A stretch of 64,000 nt of DNA. Source: Botryllus schlosseri (taxonomy: Eukaryota). The stretch is taken from the NCBI GenBank assembly GCA_051294905.1, contig CM119372.1, positions 15,626,001 through 15,690,000 of the forward strand. The letters run 5' to 3'. Shown in pieces: positions 13,801-26,457 of this stretch (position 1 is the stretch's first letter; every line of letters starts with the position of its first letter). Under the pieces are notes generated by a model, which worked only from the letters and a program-made list of their open reading frames with translations, had not been told where the DNA came from and made no database searches. The position numbers and the translations under genes were made by a program.

Positions 13801-16800
13801 TTTTAAGTATATTCGTAGGACAGGGTGGAAGTTTGATTTATCGACATCGCCAAGTCGTTTCGACGCCGTCCTGTATTTTCATTGTATCGCAATCTTGTGG
13901 TGTTTGATCAGATGAAATTCCTAATTTACTGAACTGAACCAGACTGAACTGAACGTCCATGTCCGCCACGACAATGACTACCAGTGATGCTCAAAGTTGA
14001 TTATTTTTGAAACCAAAAATGTTGCGATCTCGCTAGGGTGCGCTGTGGGTCTTGCTTCGACCAATCCTTTGGCCACAATTAACCACGCGTGCTTCAGCAG
14101 TCCGCCCGCCAAGTACTCGTAGGTCTATATCCAGGGTTGCCATACCGTCCTTATTTCTAAGATTTGTCCTTATTTTGAAGGGTCATGTGTTAGAAAACTC
14201 AACTGTCCTTATTTCCAAGAAATGTCCTTATTCTCGAGCTTGCGTCCTTATTTTGTCTTATTTTCAACCACTACAGAACCTCAATTGTTTTCCTCTGGTA
14301 TCTGTGTTGCATAAAATTCTAAAATTATGCTTTTGCGTCGAGATTTTATGACATCATAAATGAAAGGAACTCTCGTGACGTACACACCACAAGACTTAAC
14401 TTCTAAGTGGTGAGATGGTTAGGGAGTGGTGGTATAGCAGTTTCGTCTGTACCAAGCTACCGCAGCGGACATCATTTTAGGAGTAAACATCAGTAGGCTA
14501 CCAGGTTCCTGCTGTTTGGTCTACAGCAGAATAAGCTCAAGCTGTGGGGAAGGCAGCATTTATTGCGTAGTGAAAAAAGGCGCAGTGCAGTCGACATATT
14601 GGTTAAACAGTAGTAAAGCTATAAAACATTGATAGATTTAACTAAATTATATTGTACTTGCGCATATATAGTTTTAGCTACTAATAAGCCTAAATCTGAT
14701 TACTTAATGAGCAGGCGTAAAAACATTTTTCGTGACGATTATGAGAGAGAATTCAAAGGTATCTAACGAAGCTTGATAGGCGAGTTTTTCTAACATTGCA
14801 ACATCTGCAATTGTGACATTAACCCGGAGGCCATAGGAAAGACCGCTATTTCAACTCACACTCATACCCCAAAACACAAAAAGTGTGTCGTAATGATTAA
14901 TTGAAGCCAGTCGACGAATAATTTTTCCAAAAGTCGATCAGCACGAACGACCACAGACTACAAGGCAGCTGCTGTAGAGGGTACCTGGGCATTCCATACT
15001 GTCAAACACCAGAAACCATTCCTCGCCAACGATTGCACTTCGAAATTGTTCAAAGCAATATTTCCCGATTCCAACATCGCAAATAACTTTTTGTCAGCCA
15101 GGACCAAGACTATAAGCATTGTTACTTAAGTTCATGCTCCATACGCTCAAAAATGATTTTGTTTAAACTTGGTGTACGGCCATTTCCATCTTGGTTGCCG
15201 CCTCTAATCACAACGAGGTGAAGAAGTTTGGGATATCACCCTATGGGGTGCCTCAGACTAATGTGTTTTTTTGGGGGGTGGGGGTGGGGCGGCTGACGAA
15301 GTGCTGTTTCGACCCTGAGTAAAGGTAAACCTAGATCTGAGCTGTCGTAAGAACCATGAAGCAATTTCTAATAACAAGGAGTTTCTGAAGCAGATTATTT
15401 TTGGCGAAAAGTATGCAATGTGATAAGCACCGGCTCGTATAAATACAAAGTATGTACAAAAACGATTTTTCATGGTAATTTAATTTTTCGACTGTCCTTA
15501 TTTTTGGGTCCGTGTCGATGGCAACCTTGCCTATATCCTTTCATCTGGAAATCGAAATGCTGGTACGTAAACTCCAGTTATGAATGTGACTCCAAATGAA
15601 AGTATACTTAAAGTGCCCTGCTGTCGACACTTCGTAGTGACTCTACCTTCTGACCCCTTCTGTGCATCTCTAAATGTCCACCGTCAGTGAAGATTTCATT
15701 TCGTACAACCGTATTTAGGATATGCCGATGTATAGCCTATTCTACCTGCCGTTTATGATGACCATATCGTCCGAAGCCATATAACTTACTAACAGCAACA
15801 ATTTCAGGGGCTAAAAAGTGGAGGTTACTTCTACCCTGGCAGTAACGCCACAATAGGTGGACGAACGGCATCGCGCTCGATATTGGAAACGATAACAACG
15901 CCAAAAGACGAATCAGCTTGGCAAGCCAGAATTGACGACGTCATGTCGTGGTTTCGTGATGACGATTTCGACTTCATTGCGTTATATTTTGAAGAGGTGA
16001 ACATGAGAAATAGGAATGATGTGAACGTGCGGTTCACGTTCGCGTTCTGTGTGTGAACCTCGAAAATTGAGAGGTTCACGTTCACAAATGAACCTTGGTA
16101 GGCTCTGCACTATGAATCTTTTTATATATATTACAATTTTCACGTCATTATAACATCTTTGGTTGAAATTTATTGCATTTCAACTGCGGGCCACTCTATG
16201 CATGGCGCTGGTAGCATATAAATGAACACTAAGCGAGCATGCACCTTGACAATCTCAAAAATGTTACCTGCTTTGTTACAAAAGTTTGCTCGAAATATCC
16301 AGTTTTCTGTTTGTGAATATTTAGTAACTCTCTGCTGTGAGCTTGACCTGAAATCACACAACATCAAGAGCGAAATACGCTACACGCAGGACATGTAAGT
16401 AGTCAGCGAATGATGCTTATTCAACCAATCAATGAAATTGATATCGTTGTCTGTAAAAAATTTAGCAAGCGTACGGGTCCATCTCGATGTCATAAATTTA
16501 TTGTATCATAAAAACCAAATCCGTGTGATTGGGGTGTTGGCTACTGCTGTATAACTTGTTAATGGGGTAAAACCTGTTCTACACTCTGTTCAATATCAAC
16601 GTAGCAACACTCGGACGCCGAATACATTGTCCGTTCTGACCTAGTTGAGGCGTAAGCTTATATTCTCATGCAAGTCCTCGTCGAAATTGTTGACAAAGCG
16701 ACGGAAGATATTGATTTTGTGGGATTAATATATCATTTGATTGACCCAGTTGATACATTTCGCGACGCTTAAAAAGTCAGTATGGACTTCAGCATTGTGG

Positions 16801-19159
16801 CATTATGTGGCCCAGGTCGTCGCTAGGTATCGCGTACATTATTATAGGCTCTCACTTCACTGAAATGAATGGTTGGAATTAGCAATATGACGTCACGTGG
16901 CGTCATGAGGTTCACGTTCGCGTTCTCAAAGAACCTTTCAGAAAGGTTCGCGTTCACACGTACCTGAACCTTTCCGAGGTTCACACCATCCCTAATGAGA
17001 ATACTTGTCGAATATTGTTTCCAACCATCATATTGTTACAGCCTGATAGTAGCGGACATAGTTACGGGCCAGATGCAGATGAAATTGCGGATGTGGCATT
17101 ACCTCTTGTAAATCGTACAATCGGATACTTATTGGACAAAATAGAGGTTAATGGTTTGAAAGACCACTTGAATGTTATAATAGTGAGGTATGTATAATAG
17201 CAGACACGACGTAACAACGATATATAAATCATTGAATATCGAGAGCGAATCGAATCTATTTTGAGGGGATATCTAGATAGTCATGATATCCATGCTATTT
17301 TCGAATATGTAAAGTCTAATCACCAAATATCTATATAAATTTTAAAACAAATACTATCAGACCTTTTAAAAATATTTCAATGTGTCTTGAAATGTACAAG
17401 ATATATATAAAATCACTGGAGTTGAAATTGCGACATTTGCATGTTTAACGATCGATTAATGTAAAATATTAAAAACAACGGTAATGCCCAATTGCCCATG
17501 TGCTAATTTTCAATAATTTTCTGACCAAAACTGATATATTCAGCGACCACGGAATGACGGAAATTGATAAATCAATCCGAGGAGACGAGGTCATCTCTAC
17601 TCTGGACTACGTCAACGCATCAGATATCTTTTTCCAATTTCCATACGCCGCTTTAGGCTTGATAGAGCCGTATCCTCACGAACTGTCGAAAGTTTACCAA
17701 CAACTTAACGGTAATTTATATGCTCAGTACCGTAACTTCGCGATTGGTACTCATATTGTATTTGAAGATGCCAATAAGCCAATGAAAGTGTATTATAAGG
17801 AGGACATTCCCGAAAGACTGCACTACGCTAACAACGACCGGGTTACTTCGATCGTGCTGATGGCGGATTTGGGTTACACGATTTACCGGGTAAGGTTTGA
17901 GCTAGTAGAATTTACCGACGTATCCGTCAAAACTGAAGAACAGGAATTTGAAAAGGGACTATTAATATAGGTATTACTCTGCATGCCCAATGCCCACTTA
18001 CAATGTACTATGCTCAGGAGATCACAGGAGCCCAGGTTTAGACAACTTTCCGAGCTTGCTTTTCATTATTTAACAACTAAATAGCGTGACATATTATGCG
18101 ATACTCTCAAAACGCGATTTAAATTGTTGCGTCACACGGTTTCACTCGGATTTGTGTTGAATATGCTTTGCTGTCGACGTGATGCCGTTGAAACCAAATT
18201 AATTCGGATCACCGATGTTAAGATTGCTGTAAAATGATGGTATTTCACATATATATGTTCACAGGCTATATAGAACCTACTAAGGTTCAATTGCTAACGC
18301 GAACCTTTGAAATATCAAGGTTCGCATATCGCTCACGAATGTGAACCGATCGTTCGCAATGTCCCTATACTTGGAAACGCCATTCACAAGATTTGAAATC
18401 AGCTATCACTATCAGTCGGAATGGAACAAGACAAACAATTTTTACACACCCGACTTCCCTACCTGGGAGGATTAGTCTCGTTGGTGATATCAAAATACAT
18501 ATAATAATGCAATTTCCTTTATGATAATAGGATTTTCCGGGCGTACATGTGAATGACGGGGATCATGGTTTCGACCCAATGGAGCCTGACATGCGAGGAA
18601 GCTTCTACGCCTTCGGGCCATCTTTCAAGGTGGTATTTAATCATAGACAATAAAAATTTGCAAGTCACCCTGAAAGAGTCCTTGGACACTTGATGCTTGG
18701 TAACCTCCCGATTCCAAGTAGCATTATCGTTTATCATAATTTTGTAAAATTATACCTTTCAGACTATAATTTGAAGATGTAGTTTCGCTTAATCTCTGTC
18801 GATACGGTTTCAATACGTGCATCGTTTAAAGTTAAACTCATGTGTATCAACACTTGGAAGAATTATGGGCCAAGCGCAATGAATAATATAATCAGAGACG
18901 TGCGATAATTACGCATCTTGGTAGCGTTAAGCATATTTTGTTTTTCTGTTTTCAGAAAAATCTCACGATACCAGGCTTTGAGTCGATTCACATATACGAA
19001 CTAATGTGCGATCTTCTTGAGCTAAATCCGGCGCCAAATAATGGATCTCTAGAGGTTTTGGCTGGCTCACTGAGAGGAAAATCCATTAGGAATTCACCTG
19101 GCTTCGTTTTGATGTTGGCAACAATTCCTGCTATCCAGAGATTACTGGAATTCGCATGA
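7833..19159 (+). CDS. ENPP7: Ectonucleotide pyrophosphatase/phosphodiesterase, ENPP7 (alkaline sphingomyelinase)-like, 437 aa, 9 exons
   Basis: Exons 7833-7936, 11900-12030, 12541-12692, 15808-15996, 17042-17187, 17544-17710, 17768-17889, 18531-18629, 18956-19159. All introns are GT-AG with consistent phases, 1314 nt total. Signal peptide, KLLLISFDGLRWDY, FPTQTSPSHTTIATGLHVESHGVVHN (catalytic Thr), WWDNGYEPIWITA, LYFEEPDSSGH, VSDHGM, GDHGFDP, hydrophobic C-terminus. Confidence 0.92.
8167..9046. mobile_element. Non-autonomous hAT element (family also at 28480-29004 and ~30345-31103)
   Basis: TIR cgggggtggccaacc / ggttgcccatccccg, imperfect TSD atctattc/gtctaatc, internal sequence shared with the other copies. 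Confidence 0.8.
10349..11849. mobile_element. TAGGG-terminated hAT-like MITE (family also at 27522-27906, opposite orientation) carrying a nested hAT element
   Basis: Right end aaatgcaacccta; interior is the reverse complement of 27522-27906; partial TSD gccgaatc/gatgaatc. Confidence 0.6.
10586..11444. mobile_element. Non-autonomous hAT element
   Basis: Perfect 15-bp TIR cagtggttctcaacc / ggttgagaaccactg; TSD taatagat/tagtagat. Confidence 0.9.
13367..13738. mobile_element. Decayed hAT MITE
   Basis: Ends cagggctcttc / caagagcacta; TSD gtgtagtc/gtgtagac. Confidence 0.7.
14132..15529 (+). mobile_element. Internally deleted hAT (Blackjack-like) transposon with transposase N-terminal remnant
   Basis: TIR cagggttgccat / atggcaaccttg; TSD tctatatc/cctatatc; tgtcctta subterminal repeats. 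Remnant MSRRKNIFRDDYEREF..CNICNCDI..AAAVEGTWAFHTVKH..NDCTSKLFKAIFPDS..SARTKT..SNHNEVK with stops. Confidence 0.85.
16011..16994. mobile_element. ~1-kb non-autonomous hAT (Ac-type) element, gtgaac/gttcac family, in ENPP intron 4
   Basis: TIR taggaatgatgtgaac / gttcacaccatcccta; TSD atgagaaa/atgagaat; four or more further copies in the window. Confidence 0.9.
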
Positions 19160-19330
19160 AGGATTATAGTAAATTGATGAATACACATAATGTTAATTCG
19201 AACCTATGTTTTGCAATTAAAGAGCATTTGACATGTTTCACTTTAAGCTATGTGACTTGTCGATTAACAGAATTCCGTATGGCCTTGTATTTAAACACCG
19301 TAGCTAACTTGCCACTGAGAAAGAGAAAGA

Positions 19331-20950
19331 GAGGGTTGGGACTTCGGGATCAAATTTGAAATCCCAGGATCAGGATTTCCCGGGATTTTCGCTTCTGAAT
19401 CCCGGGATTTCCCGGGATTCGCAAAGTAGTAAAATACACATACAAAATACACTAACATTATTCCTGGTAATATTGACGCAAAATCATGCTCCCGTGAATG
19501 GGAATGAAACCCAGCGATCGAAATCCACCCGGATAATGAGCGTTTAAATTCCTGCACCACCTGTTTCCTGTAGAAGTTGATTCGTCCAACGTGATCGAAA
19601 AACATGCATTATTCCGTTTCATTGCAATAAGCTATTCTTCAACACATTTGCGGATTTTGTTGCTGTGCTCGTTGACCAAGTCCCGAACCAGTTTGCGACA
19701 TCTGAAGCTTTCAAAGCGCCATGACACAAGTTGCTTTTGGCTTTTCTGTAGATTTACGAAACAAAAAGTTTCAGACTAGACGGAAGTAATTGTGTAGTTC
19801 ATCGTTATGACATGGCTGGTTTTATTATCACATTATTGCGAATTGTTTTAGACCAGTGGTTCCCAACCGGGGGGAATTCCCCCCTTGGGGGAAATTTTGA
19901 ATTTTTTAGGGGGGAATCTGGCTTTGGCGTTGTATCGGAAGATACACTGGGTTCACAATGCGTGGCGAGATAGCGCAGTGGTAAACTCAACAGCTGCCAC
20001 ACCAATGGGTTCTGGGTTCGAGTCCGACCGAGGTCGACTCCATAATTCCTACCTAAGTGTTGGGGGTTTACCTAGGCTCTTCCTTGCCATCTCATCCGTG
20101 TAAGCGGTGCCTTATAAAAGCCTATAAGTTGGCCGCTACGGAAAAAAAAATGGAGGAAATTGACCTGGTGAAAATGACCATTGTAGTCAAAACACACTAG
20201 GAACACCTCTAAACGAACAGACTGGGTTCACAAGGTTTTTAGATTTTTATGGTAGAACTGTTATGTAGAAACTAATTCTTTATAATTGTATGTTTCTTTG
20301 GCGGATTTTCAGCTGGTTGTATGTTTAAATGTTTTCCGTAGATATTACACCCCCTGATAAAGTGAGGCTCGCGAGACGATTTCGTTGGGCCCGCGACAGC
20401 CTCGTCACCAAATTGCTACTAAGCAGGAAAAAGTCAAGCCGAATTCAGCACAAGGCCGCTGGTGAAATTGTTTACCTTTCTAAGTCAACATATGAGCTAA
20501 TGTCAAAAACATATCAAATTCATTGATTTGACTCGAGGCCATAGCAAGCGGACTTGGTGATTTATTTTTCGTCAGCGGCTACCCGACCGGTAAAAACAGG
20601 TCAAATTTAGCTGTACTTTACCACAGTGCAGTGCGGTCCGCATTCGACATATCTGAATATGATTGTCCGGTAATTGCTCAGTCAACAAATGGTTGTGCGT
20701 TAAGAAGCACCTTTTTCAGTCACAGGCAAATTTTTTATAGGGGGGAAATTTGAGCTCAAATATCGGGCAATGGGGCCACAAGACGAAAAAGGTTGGGAAC
20801 CACTGTAGACAATCAGCCGAATTTTGACACTGCTTTATTACTAACATAAGAGATATGGCGCTACGTAAGCCTTTGTAAATGCTGTTTACAAATCCCGGGA
20901 TTTCATTGGGAATAATCCCGGGATCGGGATTTCCCGGGGTCCCAACGCTA
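19331..20950. mobile_element. hAT-like element (atcccgggat motif family) containing hAT element 19854-20805, which contains a SINE
   Basis: Ends gagggttgggac / gtcccaacgcta; TSD gagaaaga/gagaaagg; inner TIR cagtggttcccaacc / ggttgggaaccactg. Confidence 0.8.
19962..20200 (+). mobile_element. tRNA-derived SINE
   Basis: Pol III box A-like tagcgcagtgg and box B ggttcgagtcc, followed by a non-tRNA body shared with other copies. Confidence 0.8.
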
Positions 20951-22248
20951 GAGAAAGGGCTGTTTGATACTTCGTAGGCTATATCCATAGTGCCGGGTGA
21001 TAGTAGGTTATACCAGTAGTTCCCGAACTATATTTGCTGAAGGCGCCCGCTGAATACGTATATCAACAATCGAGACGTCCTATTGGATTCAGAATTTTGC
21101 AAATTTCAGGATATGCCTACAGAAAACATGCAATTACAGAATCCTGTTTGCTTGAAAGGGACATATAGCCAACCGAAATCACTTTGCGAATAATGTCCTT
21201 TTCGATTTAGCACACTTCAAATCGCGTTGCGATGACTTACAGCCGTGGGCTCAAACACACGGCCCGCAAGACCATTTTGTGCGGCCCGTATCGATATGTT
21301 GGATATTCGATTATGTGACAATATTTCAGTGCCACATCTCTTTTTTTCTGATTTGAAAAGTTAAAATTCACTCTAAATATGCCTCAAAAAACGACAGACT
21401 ATACTCATTCAACTTCACTAACAAATCTCTTTCAAAAGCAACCAACATGCGAGGGAAGATGAGATACGTCACATTGCCTATTTACGATGATAAAACATGA
21501 ACAGCTGGTGATTCGTGATTGAAAATTATGACTTGAAGTTGGACTCGACCTTTCGTAGTATTACTCGAACTGGGTCTGACTTGATGACAAGATGAAGAAG
21601 ATTCGACTTTACTCCGAGCGACCTATAAACAATGGAAACGACAAACTATTCGCGTGTCATGGAAGATATAGTTCAGAAAAGTTGTAGCTTGGTGTTTCGC
21701 TATCTATGCAAGTCGTTATGGGAACCATTGGCATTCTGTAGCCCTCTTAATGTATAGTTATTTACATCTTGGTACACTTTATATATGTTATTAATGCCAC
21801 AATGGTGGCGAGCAACGTATACGCTCCACCGCTGTAACACCAAGCGTTGTTCAGCGATTGTACATTTCTGTTAGTATATGACACATTTAATATTATATAT
21901 ATGTTGTAATTTATCTGTTCCAACATTTGATGGGAATTTTAACGCTGTTTTGATTTGACTTGATGGGCAATGACATGATCAATAGCCTTAATCGGGAGTA
22001 TACTTGAAAACTTGGATTAGAGCACATTCCTCTAATGCTGTGATATCATCACATAAATGATTGTTAAATTCTAAAATATTCTAGCTATAGTTGTGGCACG
22101 TCAAATGTCCGCTAGCTGCATTATCATAACGCGACAGCTTTTATGATGACATGATGGATTTTTCCCCTCGCATGGTGTCTATATCTCATAATGTTGACAA
22201 ATTATGCTAACTCTCTACAAAGTACAATTTTTTTCGGATACTTATAAG

Positions 22249-23954
22249 GAGGGATGGTGTGAACGTGAGGTTCACGTTCGCGTTCAGTGTGTGAACCTCA
22301 GAAATTTAGAGGTTTGCGTTCACAACAGAACCTTGGTAGGTTCTGCATTGTGAACCTTTTTCATATATTACAATTTTCACTTCATTATTACATCTTTGGT
22401 TCGAATTTATCACATTTCAACTGCGGGCCACTCTATGCATGATGCTGGCAGAATAAAAAATCAACACAAAACGAGCATGCCCCTTGCTTGACAATCTCAA
22501 AATATGTACTTGCTTTGTTACAAAAGTTTGCTCGAAATATCCAGCTTTCCGGTTGTGGATATTTGGTGACTCTCTGCTGTAGTACTGACGCGCAATCACA
22601 CAACATCACGATCGAAATACACTTCATGTATAGTCAGCGAATGATGCTTATCCAACCAATAAATGAGATTGATGTCGTTTTCTGATGTAACAAATATAGC
22701 AGGTTTACTGTATCATTAAAACCAAATCCGTGCGATTGAGGTGTTGGCTACAGCTGTATAACTTGTGGAGTAATATCAGTAGCAAGTATAGTAACCTGTT
22801 TTACACTCTGCTCAATATCAATGTAGCAATAATCAGACGCCGAATGCATTGTCTGGTCTGGCCTAGACTTTTAAGACGTAAGCTTATATTCCCTGGCAAG
22901 TCCTCGTCGAAATTTTCGGCAAAGCGTCGGAAGATATTGTTTTTATGGGATTATTATATCATTTCATTGCCTCAGTCGATACATTTAGCGACGTTTAAAA
23001 CGCCAATATGTACTTCAGCATTTTGGTATTATGTGGCCCGAGTCGTCGCTAGGTATCGTGTACATTAATATAGGCCAGGGCTGGCCAACCTTTTCGGCCA
23101 AAGGGCCACATTCGATTGACGAACTTTTGCGCGGGCCACTATCCGCGCGAAGCGCGAAAAATTTTTGAAGTCCATAGGTCAATAATATTATCACTTGACT
23201 ATATTGCGGGCCTGCTGTATATCGCTGGGCTAAGTTTCCGAGGACTGGGCTATTCGGCGCATGGACATATCGATATCGAAAGCTGTGACCAACTTGCGTC
23301 AATCATGTCGTGCCTATAGGTTTCACGGTGGACGGTCTTACTGCGAGCGCAAACGCAAGGTCGAATATGTTGAACGACACTTTGTCTCGTAATCGCGAAT
23401 ATAGTTAGACTCAATCTGATACATTAGGTATTCTTCCATTTTCACAAAAGGGCAACAATATTAAAAACAAGAAATCGAGTGACAACATATTGCGCTAAGC
23501 TTGTAGAAAAGTTTTACCATTGATAAATCTATCGCAAATTATTCTGCTTTATTGTAGTGTACGAAGATGTACCAATATGTGAATGGCTGATGGATCTGTC
23601 AATGCGTCGGAACTGATATTTTAGTCATCACATCTCAACTATTGCGGCCAGACTAATCAAATTTTTGGTTGGCCTTGCAAGCTCAAAATCTGTGCAATCC
23701 AGTTTTGATGATATTAAAAATATCGGAAATTACCTCGCGGGCCACTGAAAACCTTCTCGCGGGCCACATGTGGCCCGCGGGCCACGGGTTGGCCAGCCCT
23801 GATATAGGCTATCACTTCATTAAATGATAGGGTTGGAATTAGCAATATGACGTCACGTGACGTCATGAGGTTCACGTTCGCGTTCACATAGAACCTTTCA
23901 AAAAGGTTCGCGTTCACACGAACCTGAACCTTTCAGAGGTTCACACCATCCCTA
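22249..23954. mobile_element. gtgaac-family hAT element with nested hAT MITE 23076-23801
   Basis: Outer TSD cttataag perfect; inner TIR cagggctggccaacc / ggttggccagccctg with perfect TSD atataggc. Confidence 0.92.
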
Positions 23955-24432
23955 CTTATAAGTGTGATGTTTTAGTGCCCAGCGTAAATTTATATCGTGG
24001 TAAATCACATTTTCGCGATGTGCTTGGATTGTCAGTCTGCTGGCTCGGCTCACTTTCCATCGGACAATTTTATCCTGTCAAATAAGGCCTACCGTACTTG
24101 AAGAGACACTGAATACCCCGATTATTGATGCTGCGGCCCGCGGCGTCATCAAAAACTGGGAAATTGGCCCGCGAGCAAATTTGAGTTTGACACCTCAGGC
24201 CTACAGGATGAAATCCAGATTGGAGCATTGGAATAATAAAGTATAGGATCGTATACATTAATCTCTCAAAGTAAGATCCGAAGACAGAATGTGGCATTTT
24301 ATACATCGGGGATCCCCACCTGGTACGCGCCGCGGGCCGCGATATTGCAGTGTCGAAACCTAAACAAAATACTTGCTTTGGCAAAGGTTGTACGATACCA
24401 TGCGTCCTCCACTACATCCTATTGCTATTAAC

Positions 24433-26457
24433 TAGGGAAGGTGTTAACGTGAGGTTCACGTTCGCGTTCTGTGTGTGAACCTCTGAAATTTAAAGGTTTA
24501 CGTTCACAAACGAACCTTGGTAGGTTCTGCACTGGGAATCGCATTTCAACTGCGGGCCACAATAGGAATGGCGCTGGCAGCATAAAAAATCAACTCTAAA
24601 CTAGCGTGCACCTAGCAATCTCAAAAATTTTACTTGCTTTGTTACAAACGTTCGCTCCAATATTTAGTGACTCTCTGCTGTGAACTTGACCCGGAATCAC
24701 ACCAGTGCTGGGATGACTCGAGTCACCTTTTTCGTGTGACTTGACTTGACTCGAGTCACTTTGCTGAAATGACTTGACTTGACTTGACTCGGCGCATCAG
24801 AAATGTGGATTGACTCGCGACTCGAAGCAAAATTCACGAGTCAATTTCAAGTCGTCAAGTATAATCGGTTTCGATAAAAATTACTGTATCTTGCGTATGT
24901 TTGGATTGTTTGCGAAACGCTGGTGTTACCTATGAGAGCGGCCGATCACTCAATGATCGTGCGTTTTACTGAGCCTCCATTGTTCTCTCACAAATATATT
25001 GACCGCAAACGAAGTAATCGAAGCTTACAGCTTACGTTGTCGTAAACTAGTATAGCAAAGTAATTCAATAGCAAAATGTCTATTTCTGTCGTCCGTTCTT
25101 ACCTTAACCAAACCTCTTGTTTCAGTGAAATTGAATTCGAATATAGTTTATATCGTCCTCAATCGTTGGCGCAGGCTCGAATTGTATCATACCAATTTGT
25201 AAATGGGCAATGTATTGCATCTAATCAATTCGTTTCTCGTTCTCTATTTTGGCCGGTAACTATAAACTGAGACTATGCAATTATACTTACGTAGTTTAGC
25301 AATTCTACGAATATGTGAGCAATACAGCGCCTATATTCGTTCATCGGTTCAAAATCAATGACAACTCAATTTTTATTTCAGACAGCTAGCAAAATGTCAT
25401 AACGTAGCATGCCTCATATTTCGAAAAGGCAACTTGACTTGAAATATGACTTGACTAGTGACTTGACTTGACTTGACTCGACTTGATTCGAGTCACCTCC
25501 AAAAATCAAGTGACTTGACTTGACTCGAGTCGCCTTTGAAAATCGGTTGACTTGAGTTGACTCGAGTCAATATGTGCAATGACTCGAAATGACTCGTGAC
25601 TCGAAGGTAGTGACTTGATCCCAACACTGAATCACACAGCATCAAGAGCGAAATACACTACGTGTAGGTAGTCAGCGAATGATGGGTATTCAACCAATCA
25701 ATGAAGTAGATATCGTTGTCTGATGTAACAAATTTAGCACGCGAACGAATTCCATTTTGATTTCATGTTTGTTGTATCATAAAAATCGAATCCGTGCGAT
25801 TGAGGTGTTGGCTACTGCTATGTAACTTGTTGATGGGGTAATATCAGTAGCAAGTATAGAAACCCGTTTTACACTCTGTTCAATATCAACGTAGCAATTA
25901 GGGACGGCGTGAACTTGAGTTTCACGTTCGCGTTTTGTGTGTGAACCTCAGAAATTTAGAGGTTCACGTTCACAAACGAACTCGGGTAGGTTCTGCTCTG
26001 TGAACCTTTTTACATATACCACAATTTTCAACGTCTTTATAACATCTTTGGTTGAAATTTATTGCATTTCAACTGCGGACCGCTCTATACATGGCGCTGG
26101 CAGCATAAAAATTCAACATTAAACGAGCATGCATCTTGACAATCTCAACAATTCAACTTGCTTTGTTACAAAAGTTTGTTCGAAATAACCAGCTTTCCGT
26201 TATTATATGATTTGGTTACCCCAGTTGATCGATTTGGTGACGTTTAGAACGTCAATATGTACTTCAGCCTTGTGGCAATATGTGGCCCCAGTCGTCGCTA
26301 TGCATCGTGTACATTAATATGGGCTATCACTTCACTGAAATGTAGGGTTGGGATTAGCAATATAACGTCACACGATGTCACGAGGTTCACGTTCACGTTC
26401 AAACATAGAACCTTTCAAAGACGAACCTGAACCTTTCAGAGGTTCACACCATCCCTA
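24433..26457. mobile_element. Compound gtgaac-family hAT element (second left end at 25899) with nested gactcgag element
   Basis: Outer TSD ctattaac/ctatttac; the family sequence restarts at 25899 (tagggacggcgtgaac). Confidence 0.85.
24703..25629. mobile_element. hAT-like element with gactcgagtc/gactt subterminal arrays (family A; also 43329-44233)
   Basis: TIR cagtgctgggat / atcccaacactg; perfect TSD aatcacac. Confidence 0.92.

Noticed and set aside
19962..20035. tRNA gene
   Set aside because: It has A/B boxes, but I could not fold a proper cloverleaf and it continues into a repeated body, so it is a SINE head.
24715..24850. CRISPR-like array of gactcgagtc/gacttgactt repeats
   Set aside because: Irregular pentamer arrays without unique spacers, inside TIR elements with TSDs, in a eukaryotic context with no cas genes.
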